A stretch of DNA of 64,000 nt. Source: an uncultured Bacillaceae bacterium. GTDB taxonomy: Bacteria > Bacillota > Bacilli > Bacillales > Halobacillaceae. The stretch spans positions 5,381 through 69,380 of the forward strand of contig CAVYYR010000005.1 in the NCBI GenBank assembly GCA_963772785.1. Reading direction: 5' to 3'. The notes under the pieces are model-generated. The model was not told the origin of the DNA. It saw nothing but the letters and a program-made list of their open reading frames with translations, and did no database searches. Positions within the stretch are counted from its first letter, which is position 1, and every line of letters begins with the position of its first letter. Shown here piece by piece: positions 19,679 to 30,011 of this stretch. The position numbers were made by a program, and so were the translations under genes.

Positions 19679-21217
19679 ATGGAGCAGGTCCAAGGTATGA
19701 TCCTGGTACTGGATTTCGGAAGTCAATATAACCAATTAATAACCCGCCGTATACGTGAGTTCGGGGTTTATAGTGAACTTCACTCTCATAAAATGACGGT
19801 TGAAGAGATCAAGGAACTGAACCCAAGCGGAATTATTCTTTCTGGCGGACCTAACAGCGTCTACGGAGAACATAGCTTCCGTTGTGACGAAGGTCTGTTT
19901 GATCTGGGGATTCCGGTGCTTGGCATTTGCTATGGCATGCAGCTGATGACTCACCATTTCAAAGGAAAAGTGGAGCGTGCGAATGAACGTGAGTACGGAA
20001 AAGCAGAGATTAACATAGCCGAAGACCCGGCTATATTTAAGAAAACTCCTCGTAATCAGACGGTCTGGATGAGCCATAGTGACAAAGTTATTGATCCGCC
20101 TCAAGGCTTTGTCGTGGATGCGACTAGTCCTTCCTGCCCGGTAGCTGCGATGAGCAACGGAGAAATTAATATGTACGGTGTTCAGTTTCACCCGGAAGTG
20201 CGTCATTCCGAATATGGCAATGACATCCTGCGCAGCTTCGTATTTGATGTATGTGATGCGAAGGACGACTGGACAATGGAGCACGTGGTGGAAATGGAAG
20301 TAGAGAAAATCCGCGATCAAGTCGGGGACCGTAAAGTATTGTGCGCGCTAAGTGGCGGGGTAGATTCCTCTGTTGTTGCAGCGCTGATTCACCGTGCCAT
20401 CGGAGACCAGCTGACTTGTATTTTCGTGGATCACGGACTGCTTCGAAAAAATGAAGCAGACGATGTCATGCGCACGCTTGGCGACGGTTTCAATATGAAC
20501 ATTATTAAAGTAAATGCCAAAGACCGATTCCTAAGCAAGCTTGAAGGCGTATCCGATCCTGAACAGAAGCGGAAAATCATCGGTAATGAGTTTATTTACG
20601 TGTTTGATGATGAGGCTGAAAAACTGAAGGAAATTGATTATCTCGCTCAGGGGACTCTTTATACCGATATTATTGAGAGTGGTACAGAAACGGCTCAAAC
20701 GATTAAATCCCACCACAATGTCGGGGGTCTTCCTGAGGAAATGGAACTGCAGCTGATTGAGCCTTTGAACACACTCTTCAAAGACGAAGTGCGTGCGCTT
20801 GGAACTGAGCTTGGTGTACCAGAACATATTGTTTGGCGCCAGCCATTCCCAGGACCTGGACTTGCGATTCGTGTATTAGGTGCGATTACAGAAGAGAAGC
20901 TGAAAATCGTTCGTGAATCTGATGCTATCTTGCGTGAAGAAATCAAGGAAGCCGGACTTGACCGCGATATTTGGCAGTACTTCACCGTCCTTCCAGATAT
21001 TCGATCCGTAGGAGTTATGGGTGATGAGCGGACGTATGACTATACAATCGGCATTCGTGCGGTTACATCCATTGATGGGATGACGTCCGACTGGGCTCGC
21101 ATTCCCTGGGACGTTCTTGAGAAAATCTCCACCCGCATAGTGAATCAGGTCGATCACATCAACCGAGTGGTTTATGACGTAACGAGTAAGCCGCCGGCTA
21201 CGATTGAATGGGAATAA
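19679..21217 (+). CDS. guaA: GMP synthase (glutamine-hydrolysing)
   Basis: [42 protein letters not shown]. Confidence 0.98.
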   Translation: MEQVQGMILVLDFGSQYNQLITRRIREFGVYSELHSHKMTVEEIKELNPSGIILSGGPNSVYGEHSFRCDEGLFDLGIPVLGICYGMQLMTHHFKGKVERANEREYGKAEINIAEDPAIFKKTPRNQTVWMSHSDKVIDPPQGFVVDATSPSCPVAAMSNGEINMYGVQFHPEVRHSEYGNDILRSFVFDVCDAKDDWTMEHVVEMEVEKIRDQVGDRKVLCALSGGVDSSVVAALIHRAIGDQLTCIFVDHGLLRKNEADDVMRTLGDGFNMNIIKVNAKDRFLSKLEGVSDPEQKRKIIGNEFIYVFDDEAEKLKEIDYLAQGTLYTDIIESGTETAQTIKSHHNVGGLPEEMELQLIEPLNTLFKDEVRALGTELGVPEHIVWRQPFPGPGLAIRVLGAITEEKLKIVRESDAILREEIKEAGLDRDIWQYFTVLPDIRSVGVMGDERTYDYTIGIRAVTSIDGMTSDWARIPWDVLEKISTRIVNQVDHINRVVYDVTSKPPATIEWE

Positions 21218-21292
21218 ACGAACATTAAAGTTATTTTTAACAAATAATGTTCGGGAATAGGGTTGACGAACTACAGTCTTCCCTAGTAAGAT
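21216..21292 (+). promoter_or_regulatory. PurR PurBox pair and SigA promoter of pbuG
   Basis: AAACGAACATTA 21216-27 and inverted TAATGTTCGGG 21245-55; TTGACG 21263-68 and TAAGAT ~21287-92. Confidence 0.75.
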
Positions 21293-21315
21293 AGAGAAAA
21301 ATTAAGAATTAGTAA

Positions 21316-21482
21316 CACCGCCGTATAATTTTGGGGATAAGGCCCATGAGTTTCTACCGGACCGCCGTAAACTGGTCTGACTACGTTGGTGAATAGTTGA
21401 CGCCTTGCACGTGGTTTGTGCCTGGCTCATCTATTACATCCGTAGATAGGTAGACACTCTTGAGCATTCAAGAGTGTTTTTT
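21316..21482 (+). ncRNA. Guanine riboswitch with terminator upstream of pbuG
   Basis: CGTATAA...GG...GTTTCTACC...CCGTAAA...GACTACG (C74); terminator ACACTCTTGA-GCAT-TCAAGAGTGT plus T-run 21454-21482. Confidence 0.92.
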
Positions 21483-21550
21483 ATTTGGGTTTTAACATAG
21501 AGAGAACTCTCCGGATGGAGCGGATGGTGACAGTGAGGGAGGAAATAAGA

Positions 21551-22885
21551 ATGAGAAAATTTTTTAATTTTAAGGAACTGGGCACGAATTATCGTACGGA
21601 ATTCATGGCGGGTCTTACAACATTTCTAGCGATGGCCTACATTCTGTTCGTTAATCCGTCTACGCTTGCTCTTGATGGGATTGAGCAGCTTCCTGAAGGA
21701 ATCACGCGTATTGATAAAGGGGCTGTATTTACTGCGACGGCGATTGCTGCTGCGGTTGGTACATTAATTATGGGGGTATTTGCTAAATATCCAATTGCCC
21801 TTGCACCTGGTATGGGATTGAATGCATTTTTTGCTTATACAGTAGTTCTTGGGTACGGTATTCCTTGGGAAACGGCACTGGCAGGTGTATTAGCATCCGG
21901 ACTTATTTTTATTGTATTAACGGTAACCGGCCTGCGCCAAATGATCATTGATGCAATACCTGGGAACTTGAAACTTGCCGTCGGAGCTGGGATTGGCTTG
22001 TTTATTGCTTTTATCGGGTTTCAAAACGCGGGTATCGTTCAGAACAGTGATGCGACGCTTGTACAGCTTGGAGATTTAACGGCTGGACCAACGATGCTTG
22101 CGATTTTTGGGATTATTGTATCGGTCGTATTCCTTTCTCTAGGTATTAAAGGCGGTATTTTCTACGGTATGGTCCTGACTTCGATTGCCGGAATGGTGAC
22201 AGGGCTGATTGCACCGCCTACTGCAGTCAATGACGTCGTAGGTTCTGCGCCAAGCGTGGCACCAACTTTTGGGGCGGCATTAACCCACTTTGGTGATATC
22301 TTTACAATTGAAATGCTGGTCGTTATTCTAACCTTCTTGTTTGTCGACTTCTTCGACACGGCGGGAACGCTTGTAGCGGTGGCTACACAGGCAGGATTCA
22401 TGAAGGATAATAAATTACCTCGTGCCGGACGCGCGCTGTTTGCGGATTCCGCAGCGACAGTTGTAGGATCCGTTGTAGGTACATCAACGACTACTTCTTA
22501 CATCGAATCCACGGCAGGCGTAGGAGCCGGGGGACGAACAGGCTTTGCCTCTGTTGTAACGGCTGGCTTTTTCTTACTGGCGCTATTCTTTTCGCCATTA
22601 TTATCAGTTATAACCGCACAGGTCACTGCACCTGCCTTAATTATTGTCGGTGTGCTGATGGCATCCACTTTGAAAAATATCGACTGGGATCAATTTGAAA
22701 TTGGTGTTCCGGCCTTCTTTACGATTGCCGCTATGCCGCTTACGTACAGTATTGCTACGGGAATCGCAATCGGATTCATCTTTTATCCGATTACGATGCT
22801 GTTAAAAGGACGTTCTAAAGAAATTCACCCAATTATGTACTTCTTGTTCGTCATCTTTATTCTTTACTTTGTATTCTTAGCTTAA
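21551..22885 (+). CDS. pbuG: NCS2-family guanine/hypoxanthine permease
   Basis: AGLTTFLAMAYILFVNP, APGMGLNAFF, DFFDTAGT, YIESTAG; preceded by riboswitch. Confidence 0.93.
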   Translation: MRKFFNFKELGTNYRTEFMAGLTTFLAMAYILFVNPSTLALDGIEQLPEGITRIDKGAVFTATAIAAAVGTLIMGVFAKYPIALAPGMGLNAFFAYTVVLGYGIPWETALAGVLASGLIFIVLTVTGLRQMIIDAIPGNLKLAVGAGIGLFIAFIGFQNAGIVQNSDATLVQLGDLTAGPTMLAIFGIIVSVVFLSLGIKGGIFYGMVLTSIAGMVTGLIAPPTAVNDVVGSAPSVAPTFGAALTHFGDIFTIEMLVVILTFLFVDFFDTAGTLVAVATQAGFMKDNKLPRAGRALFADSAATVVGSVVGTSTTTSYIESTAGVGAGGRTGFASVVTAGFFLLALFFSPLLSVITAQVTAPALIIVGVLMASTLKNIDWDQFEIGVPAFFTIAAMPLTYSIATGIAIGFIFYPITMLLKGRSKEIHPIMYFLFVIFILYFVFLA

Positions 22886-22933
22886 TGGAGGTATCTCGGG
22901 GTGCAGCTTATTCCATATAAGTTTCCGTTTGTT

Positions 22934-23649
22934 GAAGGCTCAGTTTCGAGATAAATGGGTCCGTTACGTTAGATGGATAAGGGTTGGTGGGGAAATAACT
23001 CGCTTTCCTATGGGGGAACGGTGAGCTTCCTCGCTCGTTTCACTCCCTGCGGGATCTCACCTAGTTCCTTCTCCCATGGGAGTCTCGCCATTTCCCCACC
23101 AACCCAGCCATTTCATGTAAACGGACCCTTCTAGAGGAGAAAGATTCTCCTGCTTAATCTGGGTTAAATGCTTATATGACAGGCTATTGCGGATAGTTAC
23201 CTCCTGAAAATAGGTAGAAAAACACATGGTCTAATTCCTGATAACACATGTGATGTTTTAAGTGGTTTCGAGCTTCTGATTTGGCAAGGTCCGGAGGGGG
23301 ACGATGAAGACTCCTAGGTTAAAAGCGGAAGCACCTTGGTCAGCGACGTATGGACTGGACTGAGCTGGCGGAGATAAAGAAAACACGAAGAGCGGAGCGA
23401 TTCGATGTTGCCTTATCGTACAGAAGTGAGGGAAGTCTCACTAGACGCTAGGTGCTGGAGCTGGATAACTCTCCTTGTCGTTTATGTTCTGATTTTCGAG
23501 AAAGAATAAAAAAAGTGTAAGAATGGGATAAACATGATCGGTGAGACCCCGGAAGGCTTTAGCCTGAGGAGGTTCAGCACATGCCCACGGAAAGCGAATC
23601 GTCCCCCGGAGGATCTCCCTCCTAAACCAATATATCGAAACTGAGTTTT
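22934..23649. repeat. Composite palindromic repeat, copy 2 (module X, spacer, module Y with insert B at 23316-23524)
   Basis: Inverted ends GAAGGCTCAGTTTCGAGATA / TATATCGAAACTGAGTTTT; 71 bp identical to copy 3. Confidence 0.85.
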
Positions 23650-23752
23650 TAATAATCCAGCCCTATAACGGAATAAGTCTCTTATAAAAAATCAACAATA
23701 ATCTTTTCCTGAGCTCTTATAATAAACACGGCAGTCGTGGTGACTGCCGTGT

Positions 23753-24178
23753 TTATTCATCTTCAAGATGGCGGATGCTGAGTGGTTTTTGACGCGTTTG
23801 GTCCGTAACGTGTCGATAAAGCTGGATAACGAGCAGGCCGTGCTTATAGCTGGCTTCCATTTTGTCGCTTCGAACAGGAAAAGGCAGGTCGATGCTACGT
23901 TCGAAAGTTCCGTCCGCAATTTCAGACATAAGCTGATGACCGCCTCGATGGTTAATCTCAATTTTTCCTTTTATCGTGAGGGTGGTGTGATCGACGAGTA
24001 CTTCTACATTTTTCGGATGGCTCATTCCAGGGATACTCACATAGCATAAAAGTTCGTTATCATACTGATACATATTGATATAAGGAATAGAAGGCTTCAT
24101 CATTCCCTCAAAGTCACCCCAGAATTCATTACCGAAAAACCGGTCTAAATTGGATTTCCAGTCTTTAAATTGATTCAT
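23753..24178 (-). CDS. Hsp20/alpha-crystallin family protein
   Basis: GTFERSIDLPFPV, ASYKHGLL; ATG 24178 after GGAGG. Confidence 0.85.
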   Translation of the reverse strand: MNQFKDWKSNLDRFFGNEFWGDFEGMMKPSIPYINMYQYDNELLCYVSIPGMSHPKNVEVLVDHTTLTIKGKIEINHRGGHQLMSEIADGTFERSIDLPFPVRSDKMEASYKHGLLVIQLYRHVTDQTRQKPLSIRHLEDE

Positions 24179-24320
24179 GTCATCACCCTCCATAATTTGT
24201 CAGTAATTGCGGTGAAAAATGATTGTGTCACAGACTTCTCATAGTTTATAGTGTATGCAAGAAAGAGCCCATGGGTGAATATCCTGAATAGTAAGAGGGG
24301 CAGAGGCAGGAGGGTGCTGG

Positions 24321-24893
24321 ATGTTTGAAAATCCGTTATTGCTGATCGGGATTATTTTAGTGGTCAACATCGTATATGTATCGTTTTTAACGTTGCGAAT
24401 GATTTTTACATTAAAAGGCAGGCGCTATATGGCGGCGTTTGTAAGTATGTTTGAGATTGTTACCTATATATATGGTCTTGGGATTGTACTTGAGCGTTTG
24501 GGTCAGATTGAAAATGTTATTGCTTACGCCATCGGTTACGGTCTTGGTGTGATCGTCGGGATGAAGATTGAAGAGAAGCTTGCTTTAGGGTATATTACGG
24601 TTAACGTTATTTCTTCAGACCCGGATATTGATTTTACCCGCAGGCTTCGTGAGAAAGGATACGGAGTTACGAGCTGGTATGCTTATGGTATGGAAGGTGA
24701 TCGGTTGGCGATGCAGATTTTAACTCCACGAAAATATGAGCTCGCTTTGTATGAAACCATTCGCACGATTGATCCTAAAGCATTTATCATAGCTTATGAA
24801 CCTAAGCAGATTCATGGCGGATTCTGGGTTAAATCCGTTAAGAAAGGAAAGATCCGCGAAGATGCCGAAAAACAACAACAAGAAGCGCTTTGA
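24321..24893 (+). CDS. DUF2179 membrane protein (YebE-like)
   Basis: [33 protein letters not shown]. Confidence 0.88.
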   Translation: MFENPLLLIGIILVVNIVYVSFLTLRMIFTLKGRRYMAAFVSMFEIVTYIYGLGIVLERLGQIENVIAYAIGYGLGVIVGMKIEEKLALGYITVNVISSDPDIDFTRRLREKGYGVTSWYAYGMEGDRLAMQILTPRKYELALYETIRTIDPKAFIIAYEPKQIHGGFWVKSVKKGKIREDAEKQQQEAL

Positions 24894-25062
24894 AGTGCAA
24901 GAGCATGAAACAATTGGCCAATGCCTTGACCGTATGAAGAAGGAAGGTTATCTTCCTGTACGCCGGGCGGAAGAACCGATATTTCGTGAAGAGACTAAAA
25001 ATGGTGAGAAAGTCATGGAACCCGTGAGTAAACGAATCGTTTTTCACGCGGTAAAGGGATGA
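24862..25062 (+). CDS. NETI-motif protein (YebG-like, 66 aa)
   Basis: [29 protein letters not shown]; ATG 24862 after AAAGGA. Confidence 0.85.
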   Translation: MPKNNNKKRFEVQEHETIGQCLDRMKKEGYLPVRRAEEPIFREETKNGEKVMEPVSKRIVFHAVKG

Positions 25063-25140
25063 AACCCGAACAATCATCAGTTTTTATTTTTTAAATGTTC
25101 GTCATTTACGTTGACATTTCTTTGCGGCTATTGATATGAT
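25062..25140 (+). promoter_or_regulatory. PurBox pair and SigA promoter of the pur operon
   Basis: AAACCCGAACAAT 25062-74, AATGTTCGTCATT 25094-106, TTGACA 25111-16, TG-n-TATGAT 25132-40. Confidence 0.82.
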
Positions 25141-25165
25141 GGAAGCAGAAATTGCATAAAAGGAA

Positions 25166-25323
25166 CCTCATATAGGACGGGAATACGGCCCGTTCGTCTC
25201 TACCTGGGAACCATGAATTCCCGGACTATGAGGGGAGTCCAAGCATTCTATATCAATCAACAGTCGACACGTATGCCTGTTCAACTCCTCTCATGATTTG
25301 AGGGAGCTTGAGCAGGTTTTTTT
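25166..25323 (+). ncRNA. Guanine riboswitch with terminator upstream of purE
   Basis: P1 CCTCATA/TATGAGG, GTCTCTACC, GACTATG (C74); terminator 25275-25323. Confidence 0.9.
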
Positions 25324-25342
25324 AATGAAAGAAGGGATAAAC

Positions 25343-25834
25343 ATGGCTGAAGTAGGTGTTATCATGGGTAGTATCTCCGATTGGGAGACGATGAAGAATG
25401 CCTGTGATGTATTAGATGAGTTACAAATCTCGTATGAAAAAGAAATCATTTCTGCCCATCGCACCCCGGAGGATATGTTTACCTATGCGGAACAGGCGAG
25501 GGAAAAAGGATTGAAAGTCATTATTGCAGGAGCCGGTGGAGCGGCTCACTTGCCAGGAATGGTGGCTGCAAAAACCACACTGCCTGTCATTGGAGTCCCA
25601 GTAGAATCGAAATCACTCCAGGGACTCGATTCGCTGTTGTCTATTGTGCAAATGCCAGGCGGCGTGCCTGTTGCGACAGTGGCTATTGGAAAGGCCGGAG
25701 CGAAAAATGCAGGGATTCTGGCGGCGGAAATGATCGGAGCTTTTGATACGGATACCGCGGAGCGTCTGGATGCGTACCGCAAGCAAATGAAAGATAAGGT
25801 CGAAGATATGAGGAGAGATTTAAATGAATCCTAA
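25343..25834 (+). CDS. purE: N5-CAIR mutase
   Basis: [37 protein letters not shown]. Confidence 0.97.
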   Translation: MAEVGVIMGSISDWETMKNACDVLDELQISYEKEIISAHRTPEDMFTYAEQAREKGLKVIIAGAGGAAHLPGMVAAKTTLPVIGVPVESKSLQGLDSLLSIVQMPGGVPVATVAIGKAGAKNAGILAAEMIGAFDTDTAERLDAYRKQMKDKVEDMRRDLNES

Positions 25835-26951
25835 TGTAGTTAGACCGGGTCAGACAATTGGCATACTAGGCGGAGGTCAGCTCGGAAGAATGATGGCCGT
25901 AGCTGCCAAACATATGGGCTATCGGGTTGCTGTTCTTGACCCTGCCGAAGACTGCCCATGCGCCCAGGTGGCTGATGAACACATCGTGGGTGCTTATGAT
26001 GATGTGGAAGCCGCTGAACAGCTGAGCGAGCGGAGCGATGTCATTACGTATGAATTTGAAAATGTAGATCTTGAAGTGGCCCGTCTGTTTGAAAGTAACG
26101 GAAAATTACCTCAAGGTGCTTACTCTTTGGAAGTAACTCAAAACCGCGCCAAGGAAAAGCAGGAAGCCGTAGCAGCTGGTCTTTCGGTTCCTTTTTACGA
26201 CATTATCGATAGTTATGATCAGTTTCTAGAGGCTCTTGATAAGACTGGTTATCCGGCGGTGATTAAAACGACCAGTGGTGGATATGACGGAAAAGGTCAG
26301 TTGAAGATCGAACATGAAGATGAAGCAGCGAAGGCGCGTCAATTTATTAAAGAAGGACGCACGTATATCGTGGAGCAGTGGGTCGAATTCGATATGGAAA
26401 TCTCACAAGTGTTTACGCGAGCAGCCGATGGTGAGATTACGTATTTCCCTATCCCAGAAAATATTCACAAGAATCATATTTTACATGAATCGAGAGTGCC
26501 GGCGGAATTGGGCGAAACTCTGGTAGATAAGGTGCAAGAAGCGGTGAAACGCCTGTCGGAGCAGATGGGAATTGTAGGTACATTTGCCGTCGAAATGTTT
26601 GTGAGCGGAGAAAATATTTATATTAATGAAATGGCCCCGCGGCCGCATAACTCTGGTCATTTTACTATCGAAGCCTGCAATGTTTCCCAGTTTGAACAGC
26701 ATGTACGAGCGATTTGCGGACTTCCGCTGCTGCCGGTCCATTCCTTTCCATCAGCCGTTATGGTGAATGTTCTGGGTAAACACCGGCACATTCTGATTGA
26801 TAAGCTGGAATACTACCGGGGTGTTCATTTTCATGATTATGGAAAGAAGGATGCCCGCACGAATCGCAAGATGGGTCATCTCACTTTCATAGGGACGAGC
26901 CTGGAAGAAATTGATGAGAGAATTCAAGAAAATCAAATACATTTATGGTAG
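25824..26951 (+). CDS. purK: N5-CAIR synthetase
   Basis: [34 protein letters not shown]. Confidence 0.97.
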   Translation: MNPNVVRPGQTIGILGGGQLGRMMAVAAKHMGYRVAVLDPAEDCPCAQVADEHIVGAYDDVEAAEQLSERSDVITYEFENVDLEVARLFESNGKLPQGAYSLEVTQNRAKEKQEAVAAGLSVPFYDIIDSYDQFLEALDKTGYPAVIKTTSGGYDGKGQLKIEHEDEAAKARQFIKEGRTYIVEQWVEFDMEISQVFTRAADGEITYFPIPENIHKNHILHESRVPAELGETLVDKVQEAVKRLSEQMGIVGTFAVEMFVSGENIYINEMAPRPHNSGHFTIEACNVSQFEQHVRAICGLPLLPVHSFPSAVMVNVLGKHRHILIDKLEYYRGVHFHDYGKKDARTNRKMGHLTFIGTSLEEIDERIQENQIHLW

Positions 26952-26969
26952 AGACCGAGGAGGAAGACG

Positions 26970-28262
26970 ATGATTGAACGATATACAAGGCCTGAAATGG
27001 GGGCTATCTGGACAGAAGAAAACCGTTACGCAGCATGGCTTGAGGTAGAATTGCTGGCTTGTGAAGCGTGGAGTGAGCTTGGAAATATTCCAAAGGATGA
27101 CGTCAAGAAATTGAGAGAGAAAGCTTCTTTTGACGTGGAGCGTATTCATGAAATTGAAGCAGAAACTCGTCATGATGTTGTAGCCTTTACCCGCGCCGTT
27201 TCCGAAACAGTCGGTGAAGAGAGGAAATGGGTCCATTACGGACTTACATCTACAGATGTCGTGGACACAGCGCTTTCTTATCAATTAAAGCAGGCAAACG
27301 CTATTATCCGTAAAGATCTCGTAAACTTTATTGATATTTTAGGAGATAAGGCGCGCGAACATAAACATACCGTGATGATGGGTCGTACGCACGGTGTACA
27401 TGCAGAACCCACCACGTTCGGATTGAAGCTGGCTCTTTATTACGAAGAGATGAAGCGTAATCTGGAACGCCTGGATCTTGCGATTAAGCATATTGAAGTT
27501 GGGAAGCTTTCCGGAGCCGTTGGAACGTACGCGAATATTGATCCTTTTGTTGAAGAGTATGTATGCGAAAAGCTGGGCATTGCACCGGCACCGGTATCCA
27601 CACAGACGCTGCAGCGTGACCGTCATGCTCATTACGTTTCTACATTGGCGTTGATTGCGACGTCTATCGAGAAAATTGCGGTGGAAATCCGCGGCCTGCA
27701 AAAGACAGAAACGCGGGAGGTAGAAGAATTCTTCGCGAAAGGCCAGAAAGGGTCGTCTGCTATGCCGCATAAACGTAACCCGATTGGATCGGAGAATATG
27801 ACGGGCATGGCTCGCGTACTGCGTGGAGAAATGGTAACTGCTTTTGAAAATGTGCCTCTTTGGCATGAGCGGGATATCTCTCATTCATCTGCCGAGCGCG
27901 TGATTCTGCCGGATGCGACGATTGCGCTTAACTACATGCTCAATCGTTTCGCTTCAATCGTTAAGAATTTGACGGTCTTCCCGGAACGTATGCAAGAGAA
28001 CATGGAGAAAACGTACGGATTGATCTTCTCTCAAAGAGTTCTGCTGACGCTGATTGATGAAGGCATGGTCCGAGAAGAAGCTTATGATCTGGTTCAGCCT
28101 AAAGCCATGGATGCATGGGAACGTGGTATTCCATTCCGTGAACTGGTAGAAGCGGATGAGCAGATCACGGCGACGCTGTCAGAAGAACAGCTGGACGCCT
28201 GCTTCGATTACAAACACCACCTGAAAAACGTCGACCGCATCTTCAGCCGCATCGGCCTGTAA
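26970..28262 (+). CDS. purB: Adenylosuccinate lyase
   Basis: [23 protein letters not shown]. Confidence 0.98.
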   Translation: MIERYTRPEMGAIWTEENRYAAWLEVELLACEAWSELGNIPKDDVKKLREKASFDVERIHEIEAETRHDVVAFTRAVSETVGEERKWVHYGLTSTDVVDTALSYQLKQANAIIRKDLVNFIDILGDKAREHKHTVMMGRTHGVHAEPTTFGLKLALYYEEMKRNLERLDLAIKHIEVGKLSGAVGTYANIDPFVEEYVCEKLGIAPAPVSTQTLQRDRHAHYVSTLALIATSIEKIAVEIRGLQKTETREVEEFFAKGQKGSSAMPHKRNPIGSENMTGMARVLRGEMVTAFENVPLWHERDISHSSAERVILPDATIALNYMLNRFASIVKNLTVFPERMQENMEKTYGLIFSQRVLLTLIDEGMVREEAYDLVQPKAMDAWERGIPFRELVEADEQITATLSEEQLDACFDYKHHLKNVDRIFSRIGL

Positions 28263-28275
28263 ATTACCAATAACT

Positions 28276-28316
28276 GTATGACCTGGTCCTCCAATCATTT
28301 ACAGACCAGGTCATAC
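28276..28316. repeat. 13-bp inverted repeat between purB and purC
   Basis: GTATGACCTGGTC...GACCAGGTCATAC; shares the CAGGTCAT core with the 3411 and 10771 repeats. Confidence 0.65.
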
Positions 28317-28371
28317 ATAAATTACCAGATCTCCACATCCATCTAATACTATTTAAGTGAGGTGTCTATTG

Positions 28372-29094
28372 ATGAAGGGTTCGCTGTTATATGAAGGAAA
28401 AGCCAAGAAAGTTTATCACGTGACGGACCAGCCGGAACGATTAATTTTATCTTATAAGAACGACGCCACCGCCTTTAACGGCAAGAAAAAAGATCAATTT
28501 GAAGGCAAAGGCCGGCTGAACAATTTGATTACCTCCCGAGTATTTGACTATTTAAAGCTGCATCACATTCCATCCCACTTTATTGAAGCGTTGAACGATA
28601 CGGAACAACTAGTTGAAAAAACGACCATTATTCCTTTAGAAGTGGTTGTACGTAATGTCGCTGCCGGCAGTATAACACGCAGGCTCGGTATCGAAGAAAA
28701 AACAACCTTCACCCCGCCTATTGTCGAATTATTTTATAAAAAAGATGAACTGGATGATCCTATCATTAACGACGTTCATGCTTATCACCTGACAGATGTC
28801 AGCGAACAGGAATTAACCCACATCAAAGAAATGGCCCTTACGATCAATGAACATTTAATCGAACTATTTAAACAGGCTGGACTGCAGCTTGTTGATTTCA
28901 AACTGGAATTCGGACGCTTAAAAAACGGAACGATTGTCCTGGCTGACGAAATTTCACCAGATACATGCCGTCTTTGGGATTTAGAGAGCGGACAGAAACT
29001 GGACAAGGATGTCTTCCGCGAGGGTATTGGAAACTTGATCGAGACGTACGAACTAATATTACAACGACTGGAGGAAAACACATGCGCAAAGTAA
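28372..29094 (+). CDS. purC: SAICAR synthetase
   Basis: LYEGKAK, EVVVRN, LVDFKLEFG, ADEISPDTCRLW. Confidence 0.97.
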   Translation: MKGSLLYEGKAKKVYHVTDQPERLILSYKNDATAFNGKKKDQFEGKGRLNNLITSRVFDYLKLHHIPSHFIEALNDTEQLVEKTTIIPLEVVVRNVAAGSITRRLGIEEKTTFTPPIVELFYKKDELDDPIINDVHAYHLTDVSEQELTHIKEMALTINEHLIELFKQAGLQLVDFKLEFGRLKNGTIVLADEISPDTCRLWDLESGQKLDKDVFREGIGNLIETYELILQRLEENTCAK

Positions 29095-29327
29095 AGATCT
29101 ACATCACATTAAAAGAAGGGGTTCTTGATCCCCAGGGTAAAGCAGTACAGAACTCCCTTCATTCCCTGGAGTATAAAAACGTCAACGAGGTACGCGTTGG
29201 CAAGTATATGGAAGTTATGATGGAAGACACGAACGATATTGAAGAGCAGGTAGATAAGATGTGCGATCAATTGCTTGCGAACCCAGTCATTGAAAATTAC
29301 ACCTACACGATCGAGGAGGTTGTCTAA
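29082..29327 (+). CDS. purS: FGAM synthase subunit PurS
   Basis: VLDPQG, VRVGKY, LLANPVIE. Confidence 0.96.
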   Translation: MRKVKIYITLKEGVLDPQGKAVQNSLHSLEYKNVNEVRVGKYMEVMMEDTNDIEEQVDKMCDQLLANPVIENYTYTIEEVV

Positions 29328-30011
29328 GTGAGATTTGCTGTTGTCGTATTTCCAGGCTCCAATTGTGATCGTGATATGTACTTCGCTGTCAAAGACGCCC
29401 TCGGAGAAGAAGCCGATCTTGTCTGGTATCAGGAAGCGGATTTGAGCTCGTATGATGCCGTACTTCTACCGGGCGGATTCTCTTATGGAGATTATTTGCG
29501 CTCAGGAGCCATCGCTTCTACTTCCAATGTGATCGGTCAGATCCGTGAAGCAGCGGAAGCGGGCAAACCGGTACTTGGTGTCTGTAACGGATTCCAGATT
29601 CTGCTTGAGATGGGGCTTTTGCCAGGCGCTATGTTATCCAATAAGCATCTGAAATTCATGTGTCATTTTGAAACATTAAACGTAGAAAATGCGGAAACCA
29701 TGTTCACCCGTAATTATGAACCACAGGAAAAAATCAGCATCCCGATTGCTCACGGCGACGGAAACTATTATTGTGATGAAGCCACTTATCAGGAACTGAA
29801 AGATAATCGCCAGATTGCTTTCACATATGAGAACAATCCCAACGGATCCGTAGGGAACATCGCCGGGATTACGAACAAAGCAGGTAATGTGCTTGGCATG
29901 ATGCCTCACCCGGAACGAGCGGTGGAAGCTATAGTTGGAAATGAAGACGGACTGCGTTTGTTCCAGTCTATTTTGACACATTGGAGGAATAACCATGCCA
30001 TCAAAGCTTGA
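29328..30011 (+). CDS. purQ: FGAM synthase glutaminase subunit
   Basis: [31 protein letters not shown]. Confidence 0.97.
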   Translation: MRFAVVVFPGSNCDRDMYFAVKDALGEEADLVWYQEADLSSYDAVLLPGGFSYGDYLRSGAIASTSNVIGQIREAAEAGKPVLGVCNGFQILLEMGLLPGAMLSNKHLKFMCHFETLNVENAETMFTRNYEPQEKISIPIAHGDGNYYCDEATYQELKDNRQIAFTYENNPNGSVGNIAGITNKAGNVLGMMPHPERAVEAIVGNEDGLRLFQSILTHWRNNHAIKA

